Below are positions 27,673 through 37,597 of a stretch of DNA of 64,000 nucleotides, one piece after another. Source of the DNA: an uncultured Bordetella sp. (GTDB lineage: Bacteria > Pseudomonadota > Gammaproteobacteria > Burkholderiales > SG8-39); assembly GCA_964564865.1 (NCBI GenBank), contig CAZMDA010000010.1, forward strand, positions 10,360-74,359, given 5' to 3'. The translations under genes were made by a program, and so were the position numbers. Each line of letters begins with the position of its first letter. Position 1 is the stretch's first letter. The notes below the pieces were generated by a model. That model saw nothing but the letters and a program-made list of their open reading frames with translations. It was not told the origin of the DNA and made no database searches.

Positions 27673-30423
27673 TCAGTGCGCCTGGTCCCAGTTCTCGCCC
27701 ACCCCGACGTCCACCACCAGCGGCACCTCCAGGGTCCCCACGCCCTGCATCAGCTCGCGCACCTTCGCCTTCACCACCGCGAGCTCCGCCTCCGGCACCT
27801 CCAGCACCAGCTCGTCGTGCACCTGCATGATGAGCAGGCTGCGCAGCCGGTCCTTCTCCAGCCAGCCCTGCACCCGGATCATCGCCAGCTTCACCAGGTC
27901 GGCCGCGGTGCCCTGCATCGGCGCGTTGATCGCGGCGCGCTCGGCGGCCTGGCGCCGTTGCGGGCTGCCGGATTTCATCTCCGGCAGCCACAGCCGGCGG
28001 CCGAACACGGTCTCGACGAAGCCGTCGCGGCGCGCTTTCTCGCGCGTCTCGTCCATGTAGCGCTTGACGCCCGGATAGCGCGCGAAATAGGAGTCGATGT
28101 AGGCCTGCGCGGTGGCGCGCTCGATGCCCAGGTTCTGCGCCAGGCCGAAGGCCGACATGCCGTAGATGAGGCCGAAGTTGATGGACTTGGCGGCGCGCCG
28201 CTCGTCGGCGCTGACCTGGTCCAGCGGCAGGCCGAACACCTCGGCGGCGGTGGCGCGGTGCACGTCGTGCCCGCGCTCGAAGGCGTGCCGCAGGCCCGCG
28301 TCGCCCGACAGGTGCGCCATGATGCGCAGCTCGACCTGCGAGTAGTCCGCCGAGACGAGCTTCGTCCCCGGCGGCGCGATGAACGCTTCGCGTATCCGGC
28401 GGCCCTCGGCGGTGCGGATCGGGATGTTCTGCAGGTTGGGGTCGTTGGAGGCGAGGCGCCCGGTGACCGCGACCGCCTGCGAGTAGGTGGTGTGCACGCG
28501 GCCGGTGGCGGCGTTCACCATGCGCGGCAGCTTGTCGGTGTAGGTGGACTTCAGCTTCGCCACGCCGCGGTAGTCGAGGAGGATCTTCGGCAGCGGGTAG
28601 TCGAGGGCGAGCTCGGTGAGCACGTCCTCGTCGGTGGAGGGCTGGCCCGAGGGCGTCTTCTTCTTCACCGGCAGGCCGAGGCGCTCGAACAGGATCTCCT
28701 GGATCTGCTTGGGCGAGTTGAGGTTGAAGGGCTGCCCGGCGGCGGCGTAGGCCTTCTGCTCCAGCTCGAGCATCGTCCTGCCCAGCTCGTGGCTCTGGCG
28801 CTCCAGGCGCGCGGCATCGAGCAGCACGCCGTGGCGTTCCATGGCCAGCAGCACCGGCATCACCGGCATCTCGATGGTTCCGTAGACGCGCGCCAGCTTC
28901 GGGTCGGCCTCGATCCGCGGCCCCATGCGCTCATGCAGCGCCAGCGCGCAGTCCGCGTCCTCGGCGGCGTACTCGGTGGCGCGGCCGATTTCCACCGCCG
29001 AGAACGGGATCCGCGCCGCGCCCTTGCCGGTGACCTCGTCGTAGGTGACGGTCTTCCAGCCCAGGTGCCGCTGCGCCAGCGAATCCATGTCGTGGCGCTC
29101 GTGCACTTCCAGCACGTAGGATTCGAGCAGGGTGTCGTGCGCGATGCCGGCGAGGCGCAGGCCGTGGTTGGCGAGCACGTGCGCGTCGTACTTCAGGTTC
29201 TGCCCGACCTTGCGGTGCCGGTCGCTCTCCAGCCAGGGCTTCAGGCGCGCGAGCGCCATCTCCGTGCCGACCTGCGCCGGCGCGTCCGGGTAGGCATGCT
29301 CCAGCGGCAGGTACCAGGCGGTGTCGCCGAAGGCGAAGGACATGCCCACCAGGCGCGCCGTCATCGGATCCAGGCCCGTGGTCTCGGTGTCGAAGCCCAC
29401 CAGGTCCGCGCCCTCGAGCGCCTTCGCCAGCGCCGCGAGGCCTTCCTCGCCCAGCACCGTGGCGTAGCGCCGGCGCGGCGCCTCCGCGGGCGCCGCCGCC
29501 GCCCCGCCCGGCGCGGCCGGGGCCGGCGCGAAGCTGCGCGCGCGCGGCTTCTCCGGCGCCTCGCCTTCCAGCTCGCGCAGCCAGCTCTTGAAGCCGAAGC
29601 GCGCGAACTGCTCGCGCAGCTTCGCTTCGTCGCCCGGGTGCGTGGCGAGCTCCGCGATGCCGAAGGGCAGTGCGACATCGCGCTTCACCGTCAGCAGGCG
29701 CCGGCCCCTGGGCAGCCAGTCGAGCGCCTTCCTCAGGTTCTCGCCCACCACGCCGCCGATGCCCGCGGCGGCCGCGATCACGCCCTCGAGCGAACCGTAC
29801 TGCGCGATCCACTTCGCCGCGGTCTTGGGCCCCACCTTCTCGACCCCGGGCACGTTGTCCACCGCGTCGCCGGTGAGCGCGAGGTAGTCCACGATGCGTT
29901 CCGGCGGCACGCCGAACTTCGCCTGCACGCCCGGCGGGTCGAGCGTTTCGTTGGACATGGTGTTGACCAGCGTCACCCGCGCGTCCACCAGCTGCGCGAG
30001 GTCCTTGTCGCCGGTGGAGATGACGCAGCGCCAGCCCTGCGCCTTCGCCTGCTCGGCGAGCGTGGCGATAACGTCGTCGGCCTCCACGCCCTCCACCGCC
30101 AGCACCGGCCAGCCGAGCGCCGCCACCACTTCCTTGATGGGCTCGATCTGCGCCGCGAGGTCCTCGGGCATCGAGGGCCGGTTGGCCTTGTACTCGGGAT
30201 ACTCGTCCTCGCGGAAGGTCTTGCCGCGGGCGTCGAACACGCAGGCGCGCGCGTCCGCCTTGTAGTCGGCGGCCAGCCGCCGTAGCATGGCGACCACGCC
30301 GTAGACCGCGCCGGTCGGCTCCCCGCGCGGGTTCTTCAGCTCCGGCAGCGCGTGGAAGGCCCGGTAGAGGTAGGACGAGCCGTCGACGAGCAGCAGAGTC
30401 TTTTCCGTGCCGGTTTCCGACAT
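27673..30423 (-). CDS. polA: DNA polymerase I
   Basis: 916 aa with a 5'-3' exonuclease N-terminus (LLLVDGSSYLYRAFHAL), a 3'-5' exonuclease domain and pol motifs (DYSQVELRIMAH, QVHDELVLE). Confidence 0.97.
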   Translation of the reverse strand: MSETGTEKTLLLVDGSSYLYRAFHALPELKNPRGEPTGAVYGVVAMLRRLAADYKADARACVFDARGKTFREDEYPEYKANRPSMPEDLAAQIEPIKEVVAALGWPVLAVEGVEADDVIATLAEQAKAQGWRCVISTGDKDLAQLVDARVTLVNTMSNETLDPPGVQAKFGVPPERIVDYLALTGDAVDNVPGVEKVGPKTAAKWIAQYGSLEGVIAAAAGIGGVVGENLRKALDWLPRGRRLLTVKRDVALPFGIAELATHPGDEAKLREQFARFGFKSWLRELEGEAPEKPRARSFAPAPAAPGGAAAAPAEAPRRRYATVLGEEGLAALAKALEGADLVGFDTETTGLDPMTARLVGMSFAFGDTAWYLPLEHAYPDAPAQVGTEMALARLKPWLESDRHRKVGQNLKYDAHVLANHGLRLAGIAHDTLLESYVLEVHERHDMDSLAQRHLGWKTVTYDEVTGKGAARIPFSAVEIGRATEYAAEDADCALALHERMGPRIEADPKLARVYGTIEMPVMPVLLAMERHGVLLDAARLERQSHELGRTMLELEQKAYAAAGQPFNLNSPKQIQEILFERLGLPVKKKTPSGQPSTDEDVLTELALDYPLPKILLDYRGVAKLKSTYTDKLPRMVNAATGRVHTTYSQAVAVTGRLASNDPNLQNIPIRTAEGRRIREAFIAPPGTKLVSADYSQVELRIMAHLSGDAGLRHAFERGHDVHRATAAEVFGLPLDQVSADERRAAKSINFGLIYGMSAFGLAQNLGIERATAQAYIDSYFARYPGVKRYMDETREKARRDGFVETVFGRRLWLPEMKSGSPQRRQAAERAAINAPMQGTAADLVKLAMIRVQGWLEKDRLRSLLIMQVHDELVLEVPEAELAVVKAKVRELMQGVGTLEVPLVVDVGVGENWDQAH

Positions 30424-30446
30424 CCTTCCGAGACGATTCCGCGACG

Positions 30447-31160
30447 ATGAAAAAGAAAGAAAAGCTTCCGGGTGCCGCTGCTGCGGGCGCCTCCGCGCGG
30501 GAGGCCTGGCGGGTCTTCGGCATTATGGCAGAGTTCGTCGAGCCCACCGAGCGCCTGGCGGGCATCCGCCCCGCGGTCTCGGTGTTCGGCAGCGCGCGCG
30601 CGGCGGAGAACTCGCGCTACTTCGCGCTCGCCGAGGAAACCTCGCGCCTGCTCTCGGACGCCGGCTTCGCGGTCATCTCCGGCGGCGGCCCGGGCGTGAT
30701 GAAGGCGGCCAACAAGGGCGCATTCCGCGGCCGCTCGCCCGCGGTCGGGCTCAACATCCAGCTGCAGCACGAGCAGGTGCCGAACGAGTACCAGGACATC
30801 AGCCTCAGCTTCCGGCATTTCTTCGTGCGCAAGGTGATGTTCGTCAAGTTCGCCACCGCCTACGTCGTGCTGCCCGGGGGCTTCGGCACGCTCGACGAGC
30901 TGTTCGAGGCGCTGACGCTGGTGCAGACCGGCAAGACGCGCCGCATGCCCATCATCCTGATGCACGAGCCGTTCTGGCGCGGGCTGCTCGCCTGGTTCCG
31001 CGAGCGCCTGGTGGGCGAGGGCATGATCGGCCCCGAGGACCTCGACCTGCTGCAGGTGATCGACGAGCCGCGCCAGGTGGTGGCGGCGATCTTCGCCTAC
31101 TACGAGAAGCGCGGCTTCGAGCCCTCCGCCGCCGAGCGCGAGATCCTGCTCAACCTCTGA
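30447..31160 (+). CDS. LOG-family (TIGR00730) protein, putative nucleotide phosphoribohydrolase
   Basis: GGGPGVM and PGGFGTLDELFE motifs. Confidence 0.85.
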   Translation: MKKKEKLPGAAAAGASAREAWRVFGIMAEFVEPTERLAGIRPAVSVFGSARAAENSRYFALAEETSRLLSDAGFAVISGGGPGVMKAANKGAFRGRSPAVGLNIQLQHEQVPNEYQDISLSFRHFFVRKVMFVKFATAYVVLPGGFGTLDELFEALTLVQTGKTRRMPIILMHEPFWRGLLAWFRERLVGEGMIGPEDLDLLQVIDEPRQVVAAIFAYYEKRGFEPSAAEREILLNL

Positions 31161-31194
31161 GGGCCGGCCGGGTTCCCGGGGGGGCTCTGGTAGA

Positions 31195-31536
31195 ATGCAC
31201 TCCATGCGCCGCCTGCTGTCCACCCTGCTCCTGGGCGCTGCCGCGGCCGCGTTCGCGCAGCAGCCCCCGAAGCTGGAACCCCTCCCCGAGCCGCCGCCGC
31301 CCCCGGGCATCCGGGATGCCGGCGCCGACGAGCCGCGCATCCGCATCGCGCCGGCCGAGGGCGACCGCGTCGAGGAGATGCGCGAGAACGGCCGCGTCAT
31401 CATGCTCAAGGTCACGCCCAGCCACGGGGTGCCCTACTACCTGGTCGACCACACCGGCAGCGGCAACTGGATGCGGCGCGAATCCCTGGACGACGGGGTC
31501 CGCGTGCCGATGTGGACGATCAGGACCTTCGACTGA
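31195..31536 (+). CDS. DUF2782-family secreted protein
   Basis: Signal peptide, Pro-rich segment, then ...ENGRVIMLKVTPSHGVPYYLVD. Its position between polA and thrB is typical. Confidence 0.7.
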   Translation: MHSMRRLLSTLLLGAAAAAFAQQPPKLEPLPEPPPPPGIRDAGADEPRIRIAPAEGDRVEEMRENGRVIMLKVTPSHGVPYYLVDHTGSGNWMRRESLDDGVRVPMWTIRTFD

Positions 31537-31537
31537 C

Positions 31538-32503
31538 TTGTCGGTCTATACCCCTGTTTCGGAGCGCCAGCTTGCCAGCTGGCTGAAGGATTACTCGCTC
31601 GGCGCGCTCCAGGCGCTGGAACCGATCGAGTCCGGGATCGAGAACACCAACTACTTCGTCACCACCACCCAGGGACGGTTCGTCCTGACGCTGTTCGAGC
31701 GCCTGCCGGCGGCGGAACTGCCGTTCTACCTGGAGCTGATGGCGCACCTCGCCCGCCACGGCGTGCCCTGCCCGGCGCCGGTGGCCAACCACGCCGACCG
31801 GATCCTGTCGGAGCTGAACGGCAAGCCCGCGGCACTGGTGAGCCGCCTGCCCGGGCGCTCCATCGAGCGGCCCGGCGCGGCCGAGTGCGCCGAGCTGGGC
31901 GCGCTGCTCGCGCGCATGCACCTCGCCGGGCGCTCCTACGCCGCCTACCTGGAGAACCCGCGCGGCCCGCGCTGGCAGCGCGGCGCGGCGCGCGAGCTGC
32001 AGCCCTTCCTCGGCGCGGACGAGCGCCGCCTGCTGGAGGACGAGCTGGCGGCGCAGGCCGGCCGGCGCCACCCGGAGCTGCCGCGCGGGCCGGTGCACGC
32101 GGACCTGTTCCGCGACAACGCCCTGTTCGAGCGCGGGCGCCTGTCGGGCGTGATCGACTTCTACTTCGCCGGCGTCGATTGCCTGCTCTACGACCTCGCG
32201 GTGTGCGCCAACGACTGGTGCCTCGCCGATCCGGCCTCGGACCGGCGCCTCGACGCGCCCCGCGTGCGCGCGCTGCTCGGCGCCTACCATGCCCTGCGGC
32301 CGCTGGAGCCGCAGGAGGCCGCGGCCTGGCCGGCGCTGCTGCGCGCCGCGGCGCTGCGCTTCTGGGTCTCGCGCCTGCACGACTTCCACCTGCCGCGCCC
32401 GGGCGAGCTGGTGCGGGTGCACGACCCGGCGCATTTCCGCGCCATCCTCGAGCTGCGCATCGCGGATGCGGCGCCGCCCTGGCTGGAGGCGGCCGCGTCA
32501 TGA
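31538..32503 (+). CDS. thrB: homoserine kinase (ThrB, pseudomonad/APH-fold type)
   Basis: SVYTPVS...IESGIENTNYFV...HADLFRDN...IDFYFA motifs. The only start next to the conserved N-terminus is the TTG at 31538. The long track ORF 30407..32503 is otherwise shadow sequence. Confidence 0.85.
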   Translation: MSVYTPVSERQLASWLKDYSLGALQALEPIESGIENTNYFVTTTQGRFVLTLFERLPAAELPFYLELMAHLARHGVPCPAPVANHADRILSELNGKPAALVSRLPGRSIERPGAAECAELGALLARMHLAGRSYAAYLENPRGPRWQRGAARELQPFLGADERRLLEDELAAQAGRRHPELPRGPVHADLFRDNALFERGRLSGVIDFYFAGVDCLLYDLAVCANDWCLADPASDRRLDAPRVRALLGAYHALRPLEPQEAAAWPALLRAAALRFWVSRLHDFHLPRPGELVRVHDPAHFRAILELRIADAAPPWLEAAAS

Positions 32504-33297
32504 AGGCGGCGGTGGTGTCCTTCGCGCGCGGCGCGGCCTGGCTGGGCGAAGGCTGGCGCCTGTACCGCGGCGCGCCGCTTGCGTGGCTGATGCTGGTGTT
32601 CCTGTACTGGATCCTGATGACCGCGGTGAGCGCGCTGCCGCTGGTCGGCGTGCCGGTCGCGGTCGCCATGATTCCGGCGTTCTCCGTCGGCTTCATGGCC
32701 GCGAGCCGCAGCTGCGCGGCCGGCCGCGTGCCGGGGATCCCGGACCTGTTCGCGGGTTTCCGCGGCGGGTTGCCGGTGCAGCTCGCGCTCGGCGCGCTGT
32801 ATTTCGCGCTGCTCGCGGCGGTGCTCTGGCTGACCACCCTCGCCGACGGCGGCGCGCTGGCGCGCTGGATGACCACCGGGGCGCGGCCCGACGAGCAGAC
32901 CCTGCTGTCGGATGGTTTCCTCGGCGCGCTGGCGCTCGCCGCCGCGGGCTACGCCCCGGTGATGATGCTGTACTGGTTCGCGCCGGTGCTGGCGGCCTGG
33001 CACGACACCGGCGCGGTGAAGTCGCTGTTCTTCAGCCTGGCCGCGTGCCTGGTGAACTGGCGCGCGCTGACGGGCTACGGCGTCGCCGCGGCGCTGGTGA
33101 CCCTCGTCATCCCGTTCCTCCTCCTGAGCGCGCTGCTGGTCCTGTCTGGCGGTCGCCTGCCCGCCGGCGTGATGGGCGTCATGCTGCCGCTGCTGCTGGT
33201 GCTGATGCCCATGCTCTACGCCAGCTTCTATGCCAGCTACCGTGATATTTTCAACGGCGCGCCCGCCGCGCCGGATGCCGCCGCCGCTCCCGGGTGA
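32500..33297 (+). CDS. BPSS1780-like multi-pass membrane protein
   Basis: The ATG at 32500 overlaps the thrB stop (ATGA). Several hydrophobic helices. Family assignment is from memory of similar thrB-linked genes. Confidence 0.65.
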   Translation: MKAAVVSFARGAAWLGEGWRLYRGAPLAWLMLVFLYWILMTAVSALPLVGVPVAVAMIPAFSVGFMAASRSCAAGRVPGIPDLFAGFRGGLPVQLALGALYFALLAAVLWLTTLADGGALARWMTTGARPDEQTLLSDGFLGALALAAAGYAPVMMLYWFAPVLAAWHDTGAVKSLFFSLAACLVNWRALTGYGVAAALVTLVIPFLLLSALLVLSGGRLPAGVMGVMLPLLLVLMPMLYASFYASYRDIFNGAPAAPDAAAAPG

Positions 33298-33336
33298 GGT
33301 AAAGTCCCCGGTTCAGGAACCGGACCCCGGACGGCC

Positions 33337-34947
33337 ATGACCGATTTCGCCCTGCCCAAGCTGGTTGCCTCCGCCGCGCCGGAGTTCACCGACCCGGCCA
33401 CGGCCAAGGCCTGGCTGGAGCACGTGCCGCTGGCCAACGTCGCCGCCGCCCAGCACGAGCTGCTGCTGCAGATCGAGGAGTTCAACGCCTTCGACTGCAA
33501 GGCGGTGACGCGCCTCGCGACCATGGAGACGCTGCGCGAGGCGGTGAACTTCGTGCAGATCGAGCAGGCGCGGCGCTTCACCAACCGCGCGCTGCCGATG
33601 GCCGAGGCCGAGAGCACGGCCTTCGCCGGCACGCTGGAGCTCTGGGAGCAGGCGCGCATCGGGTACCTGCGCTGCCTGGAGGCCGCCGCCGCCGGCGACG
33701 CCGCGGTCACGGGGCAGGCGGCGCTGATCTGCCAGCGCCTGCTTGCCTACTCGGGCCTGAAGATGTTCCACCACTACCGCGCCTACCGGCAGGTCGCCGC
33801 GAGCGACTGGCGGGCGCTGCACCAGGTCTACGCCGAGGCCGAGCGCCTGGGCGTCGCCGACACCGCGGTGAAGGACTACCTGAACCGCGACGTGCAGGAC
33901 ACCTCGCCGCGCATCGCCTACCTGCGGGCGGTGCTGATCGGGATGGCCAACCCGAACGAGATGAGCCAGCGCCAGCTCACCTTCGCCGCCTACCTGCTGG
34001 AGCGCTGGGCGGGGAAGGTGGAGGTGGTGGCCGAGGCGCCCGAGGAGGGCGACATTCCGCCGCTGGTGGTGGACCTCGACGGCTCGGGATGCCCGGAGCG
34101 CGGCGGCGCGGCGGCGAAGGCGCCGCGCTACCTCGACGTGGCGCGGCTGGCCAAGAGCCTGCGCAACCGCATCGGCCTGCTGCGCAAGGGCGAATCCCCG
34201 GCGAAGCTCGCGCTGGGCGAGGACTGCGTGCAGCCGTCCTGCGAGCAGCTGCTGGTGTTCCTCTACCGCCAGTGGTGCCAGGCCCGGGCCGCGCGCGGCG
34301 CCGAGCGAAAGCGCGTGTCCGACGTCGCCCAGGCCTGCAACGACATGGCGGCGATCCACTACTACATCTCGGGCAAGGTATTCCGCCAGCCCGGCGAGCA
34401 GCGCGAGCTCAGCAAGCAGGAGCGCGAGCAGATCGCGACCTTCGGCCGCGTCAGCACGCGCGACGAGGACGACTACAGCGTGGTGCACGGCTTCCTGCTC
34501 GAGCACTGGGAGCTCGCCGACGAGAGCGCGCAGGGCCTGAAGATGGTCCGCCGCGCCGGCAACCCGGGCAAGCGCTACCTGAACGGGCAGCTGATGGGCG
34601 TGCGGCCGGCCGACTCGAAGAACTTCTTCGTCGGCCAGGTGCGCTGGCTGATGCAGAACGACGCCGGCGACCTGTACTGCGGGCTGCGCCTGCTGCCCGG
34701 GCTGCCGGCGGCCACCGCGGTGCGCCCGACCGGGCTCAACGTGCAGGACGCGAAGTACGTGCCGGCGCTGTCGCTCACCGGGGTGCCGGCGCTGAATGCG
34801 CCGCCATCGCTCGTGCTGCCCTCGGGCTGGTTCAAGCCCAAGCGCGTGGTGGAGGTGTTCGTCGAGTCCCCGGTCAAGGTCCGCCTCACCGAGATCCTCG
34901 AGCGCGGCAGCGACTACGAGCGCGTCGCCTACGAGATGGTGGCCTGA
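33337..34947 (+). CDS. conserved hypothetical protein with C-terminal PilZ-like domain (candidate c-di-GMP receptor)
   Basis: 536 aa with a long helical N-terminal region. RxxxR (RVSTR, aa 371-375) followed 19 aa later by DxSxxG (DESAQG, aa 395-400), then a beta-rich tail. Confidence 0.6.
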   Translation: MTDFALPKLVASAAPEFTDPATAKAWLEHVPLANVAAAQHELLLQIEEFNAFDCKAVTRLATMETLREAVNFVQIEQARRFTNRALPMAEAESTAFAGTLELWEQARIGYLRCLEAAAAGDAAVTGQAALICQRLLAYSGLKMFHHYRAYRQVAASDWRALHQVYAEAERLGVADTAVKDYLNRDVQDTSPRIAYLRAVLIGMANPNEMSQRQLTFAAYLLERWAGKVEVVAEAPEEGDIPPLVVDLDGSGCPERGGAAAKAPRYLDVARLAKSLRNRIGLLRKGESPAKLALGEDCVQPSCEQLLVFLYRQWCQARAARGAERKRVSDVAQACNDMAAIHYYISGKVFRQPGEQRELSKQEREQIATFGRVSTRDEDDYSVVHGFLLEHWELADESAQGLKMVRRAGNPGKRYLNGQLMGVRPADSKNFFVGQVRWLMQNDAGDLYCGLRLLPGLPAATAVRPTGLNVQDAKYVPALSLTGVPALNAPPSLVLPSGWFKPKRVVEVFVESPVKVRLTEILERGSDYERVAYEMVA

Positions 34948-34954
34948 CCGTGCG

Positions 34955-35326
34955 GTGGCGGCGGTGAGCGGCGAGGGACCGGCGCCGACCGAGATCCGGC
35001 TGCACCAGAAGTCGCGCCTGATGGAGGTCGCCTACTCCGACGGCCGGACGTTCCGCCTGCCCTACGAGTTCCTGCGCGTGCACTCGCCCTCGGCCGAGGT
35101 GCGCGGGCACGGCCCGGGGCAGGAGGTGCTGCAGACCGGCAAGCGCGCGGTCGAGATCCGCTCGCTCGAACCGGTGGGGTCCTACGCGGTGCAGCCGGCG
35201 TTCTCCGACGGCCATGCCACGGGCATCTACTCCTGGGAATACCTCTACCACCTGGGCGAGAACCAGGAGCGGCTGTGGGCGGAATACCTGGAGCGCCTGG
35301 AGAGGGCCGGCGCCAGCCGGGACTAG
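34955..35326 (+). CDS. DUF971-family protein (gamma-butyrobetaine hydroxylase-like N-terminal domain)
   Basis: ...LMEVAYSDGRTFRLPYEFLRVHSPSAEV...SDGHATGIYSWEYLY. There is no ATG; candidate GTG starts at 34955 or 34964. Confidence 0.7.
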   Translation: MAAVSGEGPAPTEIRLHQKSRLMEVAYSDGRTFRLPYEFLRVHSPSAEVRGHGPGQEVLQTGKRAVEIRSLEPVGSYAVQPAFSDGHATGIYSWEYLYHLGENQERLWAEYLERLERAGASRD

Positions 35327-35335
35327 CGGGGCGTC

Positions 35336-36061
35336 GTGGCCGAGGCCGATTTCGGATTCCAGCGCGTCCCCGAGGCCGAGAAGGCGCGGCGGGTGGGCGA
35401 GGTCTTCGACCGCGTCGCGTCGCGCTACGACCTGATGAACGACCTGATGTCGGCCGGCCTGCACCGCGCCTGGAAGGCGTTCGCGGTGTCGGTGGCGCGG
35501 GTGCGCGCCGGCGAGCGCGTGCTTGACGTCGCCTCGGGCAGCGGCGACCTGGCGCGCGCGTTCGCGGCGCGCGGGGCGCAGGTCTGGATGAGCGACATCA
35601 ACGGCAGCATGCTGGCGCGCGGCCGCGACCGGCTGCTGGACGCGGGCCGCGTCCTGCCGGCGGTGCAGTGCGATGCCGAGCGGCTGCCCTTCCCGGGGGC
35701 GAGCTTCGACTGCGTCAGCGTCGCCTTCGGCCTGCGCAACATGACGCACAAGGAGGCGGCCCTGGCCGAGATGGCGCGCGTGCTGCGGCCCGGCGGCCGC
35801 CTGGTGGTGCTCGAGTTCTCGCGGGTCTGCCCGGCACTGGAGAAACCCTACGACCTGTACTCCTTCCACGTCCTGCCCTGGCTGGGGGAGAAGGTGGCCG
35901 GGGACGCGGCGTCCTACCGCTACCTCGCCGAGTCCATCCGCCTGCACCCGGACCAGGAAACCCTGCGCCGGATGATCGGGGCCGCCGGGCTGGAGAACGT
36001 CGAGTATTTCAACCTGGCCGCGGGCGTGGCCGCAGTGCATCGCGGAATCAAACTACGGTAG
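35336..36061 (+). CDS. ubiE: demethylmenaquinone/ubiquinone C-methyltransferase
   Basis: [28 protein letters not shown] and FGLRNMT motifs. GTG start. Confidence 0.95.
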   Translation: MAEADFGFQRVPEAEKARRVGEVFDRVASRYDLMNDLMSAGLHRAWKAFAVSVARVRAGERVLDVASGSGDLARAFAARGAQVWMSDINGSMLARGRDRLLDAGRVLPAVQCDAERLPFPGASFDCVSVAFGLRNMTHKEAALAEMARVLRPGGRLVVLEFSRVCPALEKPYDLYSFHVLPWLGEKVAGDAASYRYLAESIRLHPDQETLRRMIGAAGLENVEYFNLAAGVAAVHRGIKLR

Positions 36062-36101
36062 GATAGGCGCTCGAGCCCAAGCGGGCAGGAGAGAGAGCGT
36101 C

Positions 36102-36968
36102 ATGCGCAAGTTCTTGTTCGGATTCGCGGCCGCCCTGGTGGGCACCGTGTTCTTCATCACCGAGGCCGAGGCCAAGCGCCTGGGCGGCGCGCGCAACGTG
36201 GGCGCGCAACGCAGCATCACCAACACGCCGCCGGCCAAGCCGGCGCAGCAGCAGGCGGCGCCCGCCAATCAGGTGCAACCCTCGGCGGCGCAGCCCGCGG
36301 CGGCCGGCGGCTCGCGCTGGATGCCCATCCTGGGCGGGCTCGCCCTCGGCGGCGCGCTGGGCTGGCTGATGGGCGCCAACGGCCTGGGCGGGCTGATGGT
36401 CGGGATCCTGCTCGCGGCGCTGCTCGCGTTCGGCGCGCTGGCGCTGGTCCGCATGCTGGCGGCCAGGCGCGGCGAGGCGCAGCAACCGGTGCGGATGCAG
36501 TACGCCGGGGGCATGGGCAGCGAGACCGTCGCCGCGCCGCCGCCGTCGCAGTCCTCCGGCTTCGAGCCGCAGGCGCCGGCCGCCGCCACCGGCGTGCCCG
36601 CCGGCTTCGACGTCGCCGGGTTCCTGCGCGGCGCGAAGCTGAACTTCATGAAGCTGCAGGCTGCGAACGACTCCGGCAACCTGGACGAGCTGCGCGAGTT
36701 CACCGCGCCGGACCTGTTCGAGGAACTGCGGCGCGACATCGAGTCGCGCCCCGGGCTGCGCCAGCAGACCGACATCCTGTCGCTCAACGCGGACCTGCTC
36801 GAGGTGGCCACCGAGGGCGACCGCCACTGGGCGAGCGTGCGCTTCGCCGGCACGGTGCGCGAGACGCCCGCGAGCGCGCCGGTGGGCTTCGAGGAGGTCT
36901 GGAACCTGGCGAAGCCGGTGGACGGCTCCAGCGGCTGGCTGCTCTCCGGCATCCAGCAGATGCACTAG
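36102..36968 (+). CDS. Tim44-like domain protein
   Basis: Signal/anchor segment, low-complexity linker and a TM helix. C-terminal Tim44-like domain ([33 protein letters not shown]...). Typical ubiE-ubiJ neighbour. Confidence 0.8.
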   Translation: MRKFLFGFAAALVGTVFFITEAEAKRLGGARNVGAQRSITNTPPAKPAQQQAAPANQVQPSAAQPAAAGGSRWMPILGGLALGGALGWLMGANGLGGLMVGILLAALLAFGALALVRMLAARRGEAQQPVRMQYAGGMGSETVAAPPPSQSSGFEPQAPAAATGVPAGFDVAGFLRGAKLNFMKLQAANDSGNLDELREFTAPDLFEELRRDIESRPGLRQQTDILSLNADLLEVATEGDRHWASVRFAGTVRETPASAPVGFEEVWNLAKPVDGSSGWLLSGIQQMH

Positions 36969-36985
36969 GGAAGGGCATTCCCGGC

Positions 36986-37016
36986 AAAGGCCACCACGCG
37001 GTGGCCTTTTCTTTTT
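36986..37016 (+). terminator. rho-independent terminator-like hairpin
   Basis: AAAGGCCACC-ACGC-GGTGGCCTTT followed by a TCTTTTT run, 18 nt after the Tim44-like stop. Confidence 0.6.
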
Positions 37017-37021
37017 CCGCC

Positions 37022-37597
37022 ATGCTCGCCGACGTCCTGCCCCGCGCGCTCAACCACCTGCTCGATGCGGACCCGGCGCTGGCCGCGCGCCTGGCGCCGT
37101 TCCCGGGCGAGGTCCTGGAACTGCGCGCGCCGCCGCTGCCTCCGCTCAGCCTCGCCGTCGCTCCGGGCGGGCGCCTGCAGCCCGCGCCCGAGGGCGCCGT
37201 CGCCACGCTCACCGTCACGCTGGGACCCGGCGCGCTGGCCGCGGCGGTGAAGGGCGAGGACCATCTCCTGCGCGAGGTCGAGGTCTCGGGCAACGCGCGC
37301 CTCGCCGCCGAGGTGATGTTCCTCGTCCGCCACCTGCGCTGGGACGCGGAGGAGGACCTTTCCCGGCTGGTGGGCGACGCGGCGGCGCATCGCCTCGCCG
37401 GCGCCGCGCGCGGCCTTGCCGCGCTGCACCGGGAGGCCGCTCGGCGGGTGGCCGAAGGGTTCATGGAGTACGCGCTGGAGGAGCGGCCGCTCCTGGTGTC
37501 GCGCCAGGGCATGGCGCCGCTCGCCGCCGCGACCGCGCGCCTGCGCGACGACCTGGAGCGGCTGGAGCAGCGCATCCGCAGGCTGGAGGGGCGGTGA
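37022..37597 (+). CDS. ubiJ: ubiquinone biosynthesis accessory factor UbiJ (SCP2-like)
   Basis: [14 protein letters not shown]... SCP2-like N-terminal half and helical C-terminus. The track start (GTG at 37001) lies inside the terminator hairpin, so the ATG at 37022 is preferred. Confidence 0.8.
   Translation: MLADVLPRALNHLLDADPALAARLAPFPGEVLELRAPPLPPLSLAVAPGGRLQPAPEGAVATLTVTLGPGALAAAVKGEDHLLREVEVSGNARLAAEVMFLVRHLRWDAEEDLSRLVGDAAAHRLAGAARGLAALHREAARRVAEGFMEYALEERPLLVSRQGMAPLAAATARLRDDLERLEQRIRRLEGR

Noticed and set aside
33298-33336. Short hairpin CCGGTTC-AG-GAACCGG after the BPSS1780-like gene as a terminator.
   Set aside because: The stem is short, the loop is essentially absent and no T tract follows, so the evidence is insufficient to call a terminator.
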